The notes beneath the pieces were generated by a model. The model saw only the letters and a program-made list of their open reading frames with translations. It did no database searches and was not told the DNA's origin. The position numbers were made by a program, and so were the translations under genes. Shown here one piece after another: positions 62,263 through 64,000 of a stretch of DNA of 64,000 nucleotides; the first letter of the stretch is position 1; every line of letters starts with the position of its first letter. Source of the stretch: Lama guanicoe (taxonomy: Eukaryota); contig MU053482.1 of the NCBI GenBank assembly GCA_013239625.1, forward strand, positions 4,477,775 to 4,541,774, in the 5' to 3' direction.

Positions 62263-63613
62263 CCAATGGCCTCTAAAAAGAAGAGTGTGCAACAAGAGAA
62301 GGGGGGTCATGGGAAGAAAATACTGAAACTTTAAAAAATACTTGTTTTTATCTAAAAACAGAAAAAAAATTAAGTCTTCCATATACTATATAGATCAACC
62401 CTGGTATCTCACTGTTAATGAGTGAATAGTGCAGTTTAGGCGATATGGAGAAATATTTGGAGGTTTCTTCATTTTCTTTTGTTTTAATATATTGCGATTT
62501 CTTTCAGCTTATGTGTGCTGGGTTAAGTAAATTTACCAATTGCATTATTATTTCATTAAATTAACCCCCACTAAAGTGGAAGTAGCTAAAAAAGATTTCT
62601 GGAAAGAAAACATGAGTTGGAGATAATAATGCAAGCATAAGTAAAAAAGATGATAGTGGAGATGACATGTCTGCTTCTAGCATGAGCTCTATGGAAGCCA
62701 TCTTGTTAAGCAGTGGGCATGACATTTTGAAATCAGAGATTTGGAAAGATTTCCATTATATGATTTTGTTGCAAGATGACATATGTGTGCTATCCAAGGC
62801 TGGGATTACAGTGAGGCAAGTGAGACATTCACCTCAGGCAAAAAATTTAAGGGGATGTCCCAGACTCAGTAGTCAAGATAAATAATATCTTAATGCAATA
62901 TCTTAAAAAGTCAAAACCAATGCAAAAATCTATGATAAACAAAAATATCAACATTTTAAATAAAAGCAAAATCAGTACTCTAAAAAGAAATTATGCATGT
63001 ATACTAAAACTTGAGGACAGAATTTTCCAACTCATTAAAAAAAGATCTTCCAAGAAACACATTTCAAAGAGTTTAGAAAAAATATAAAAATGCAACATCT
63101 TCTGGATGACATCAGGGAAGATAGAAAGTTAACTAGCTGCATTTCAACAAAAACTTTCCATGGTTGGGGGATGGAAGTGATAAAAACGGATTCTTGCATT
63201 TAGTAAGAGCAGCCAAAGATATACTTCTTCCATTAGGATCTACGTATCTTGGTGAGTTATCTTTTTAAACTTATGACAGCCGTTAAAACAAAGTACAGAA
63301 ATAACCTGAACGTTGAATCACACATTTTAATAACTGTTTCGCAAAGTATTACAGATTTTTTTAAATCACTGAAACATAGTCAATCATATTGCTTTCACTA
63401 AATATTTTTAGTGAGGATAACAAGGATTTTTAAAAGATAATATAGAAAATAACTCTAACAGTTACTTTAAATGTTTATCTTATCTTTTTTATGTTTTAAA
63501 AATGTTTATGTCATACACAACAGAACATGTATATAACTTACATAAGTATATAGACTTTTTTTTTTTTTTTTGGTAAAAGGGCAGTGCAATCAAAAAACGT
63601 TGGGAGAGCACAG
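62263..63613 (+). mobile_element. Charlie4-like hAT DNA transposon, with a nested MER96B-like element from ~62793
   Basis: hAT dimerisation-domain relic LVRAAKDILLPLGSTYLGELSF../MTAVKTKYRNNLNVE (~63200-63320); Charlie-like ends; insert caggcaaaaaatttaagggg...tcaagataaataatat. Confidence 0.75.
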
Positions 63614-64000
63614 GTATAGGTAGTTAATGCTGTGGGTGTTAGGAACATGTCAGGATTATATTATCTCTGCATGCTCTAAAATCGCTGTACCACGGAAGTC
63701 TTCATGAAGGATATCCCACTGAGTTTTCGTAAAGGAAGGTTTGAAGGAGTAGGATTTGGAAAAATAACTATTGCAAAATTTGTTTCGTATAAGACAGAGA
63801 ACAATGCTTATTGCCAGAGGAGATTAAAGTAGTCTAAAAATATTTTAAAAACAGGATCCTAGGTTCAAGCTGCAGCCCTACTGTCTGAAGCTATCTCAGC
63901 CCCAGACTTAAACCTGTCGGAGAAGGAAGTTCCCCAAAGGAGCTCAGAAGAGTGCTGCTCTGATGGGGGGTAGGGGTGTGACACCACTTCCCTGAGCCCA

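Noticed and set aside
1..64000. CRISPR arrays, rRNA, operons or other prokaryotic systems
   Set aside because: The sequence is mammalian, with no regularly spaced repeat-spacer structure or rRNA similarity.

Overview
Mammalian non-coding DNA, probably from a camelid, judged from four copies of a tRNA-derived SINE matching the camelid Vic-1 type as I recall it. I can support no intact protein-coding gene. Much of the window is interspersed repeats (L1, L2, CR1/L3, MIR, MaLR and ERV LTRs, hAT DNA transposons). It also holds a full-length processed ferritin light chain (FTL) pseudogene at ~29,993-30,871. Two older signals are not explained by common repeats. (1) At ~0.8-4.8 kb (+) there is a very degraded PIF/Harbinger-type two-gene module: a Myb/SANT-like domain relic followed by a DDE transposase relic, broken up by later LTR and L2 insertions. 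(2) On the minus strand, a chain of decayed low-complexity coding-like segments with phase-compatible splice sites runs from ~59.8 to ~37.7 kb, and possibly on to ~21 and ~12 kb. This looks like a long-dead unitary pseudogene that I cannot name. Repeat boundaries and subfamily names come from visual recognition and are approximate.
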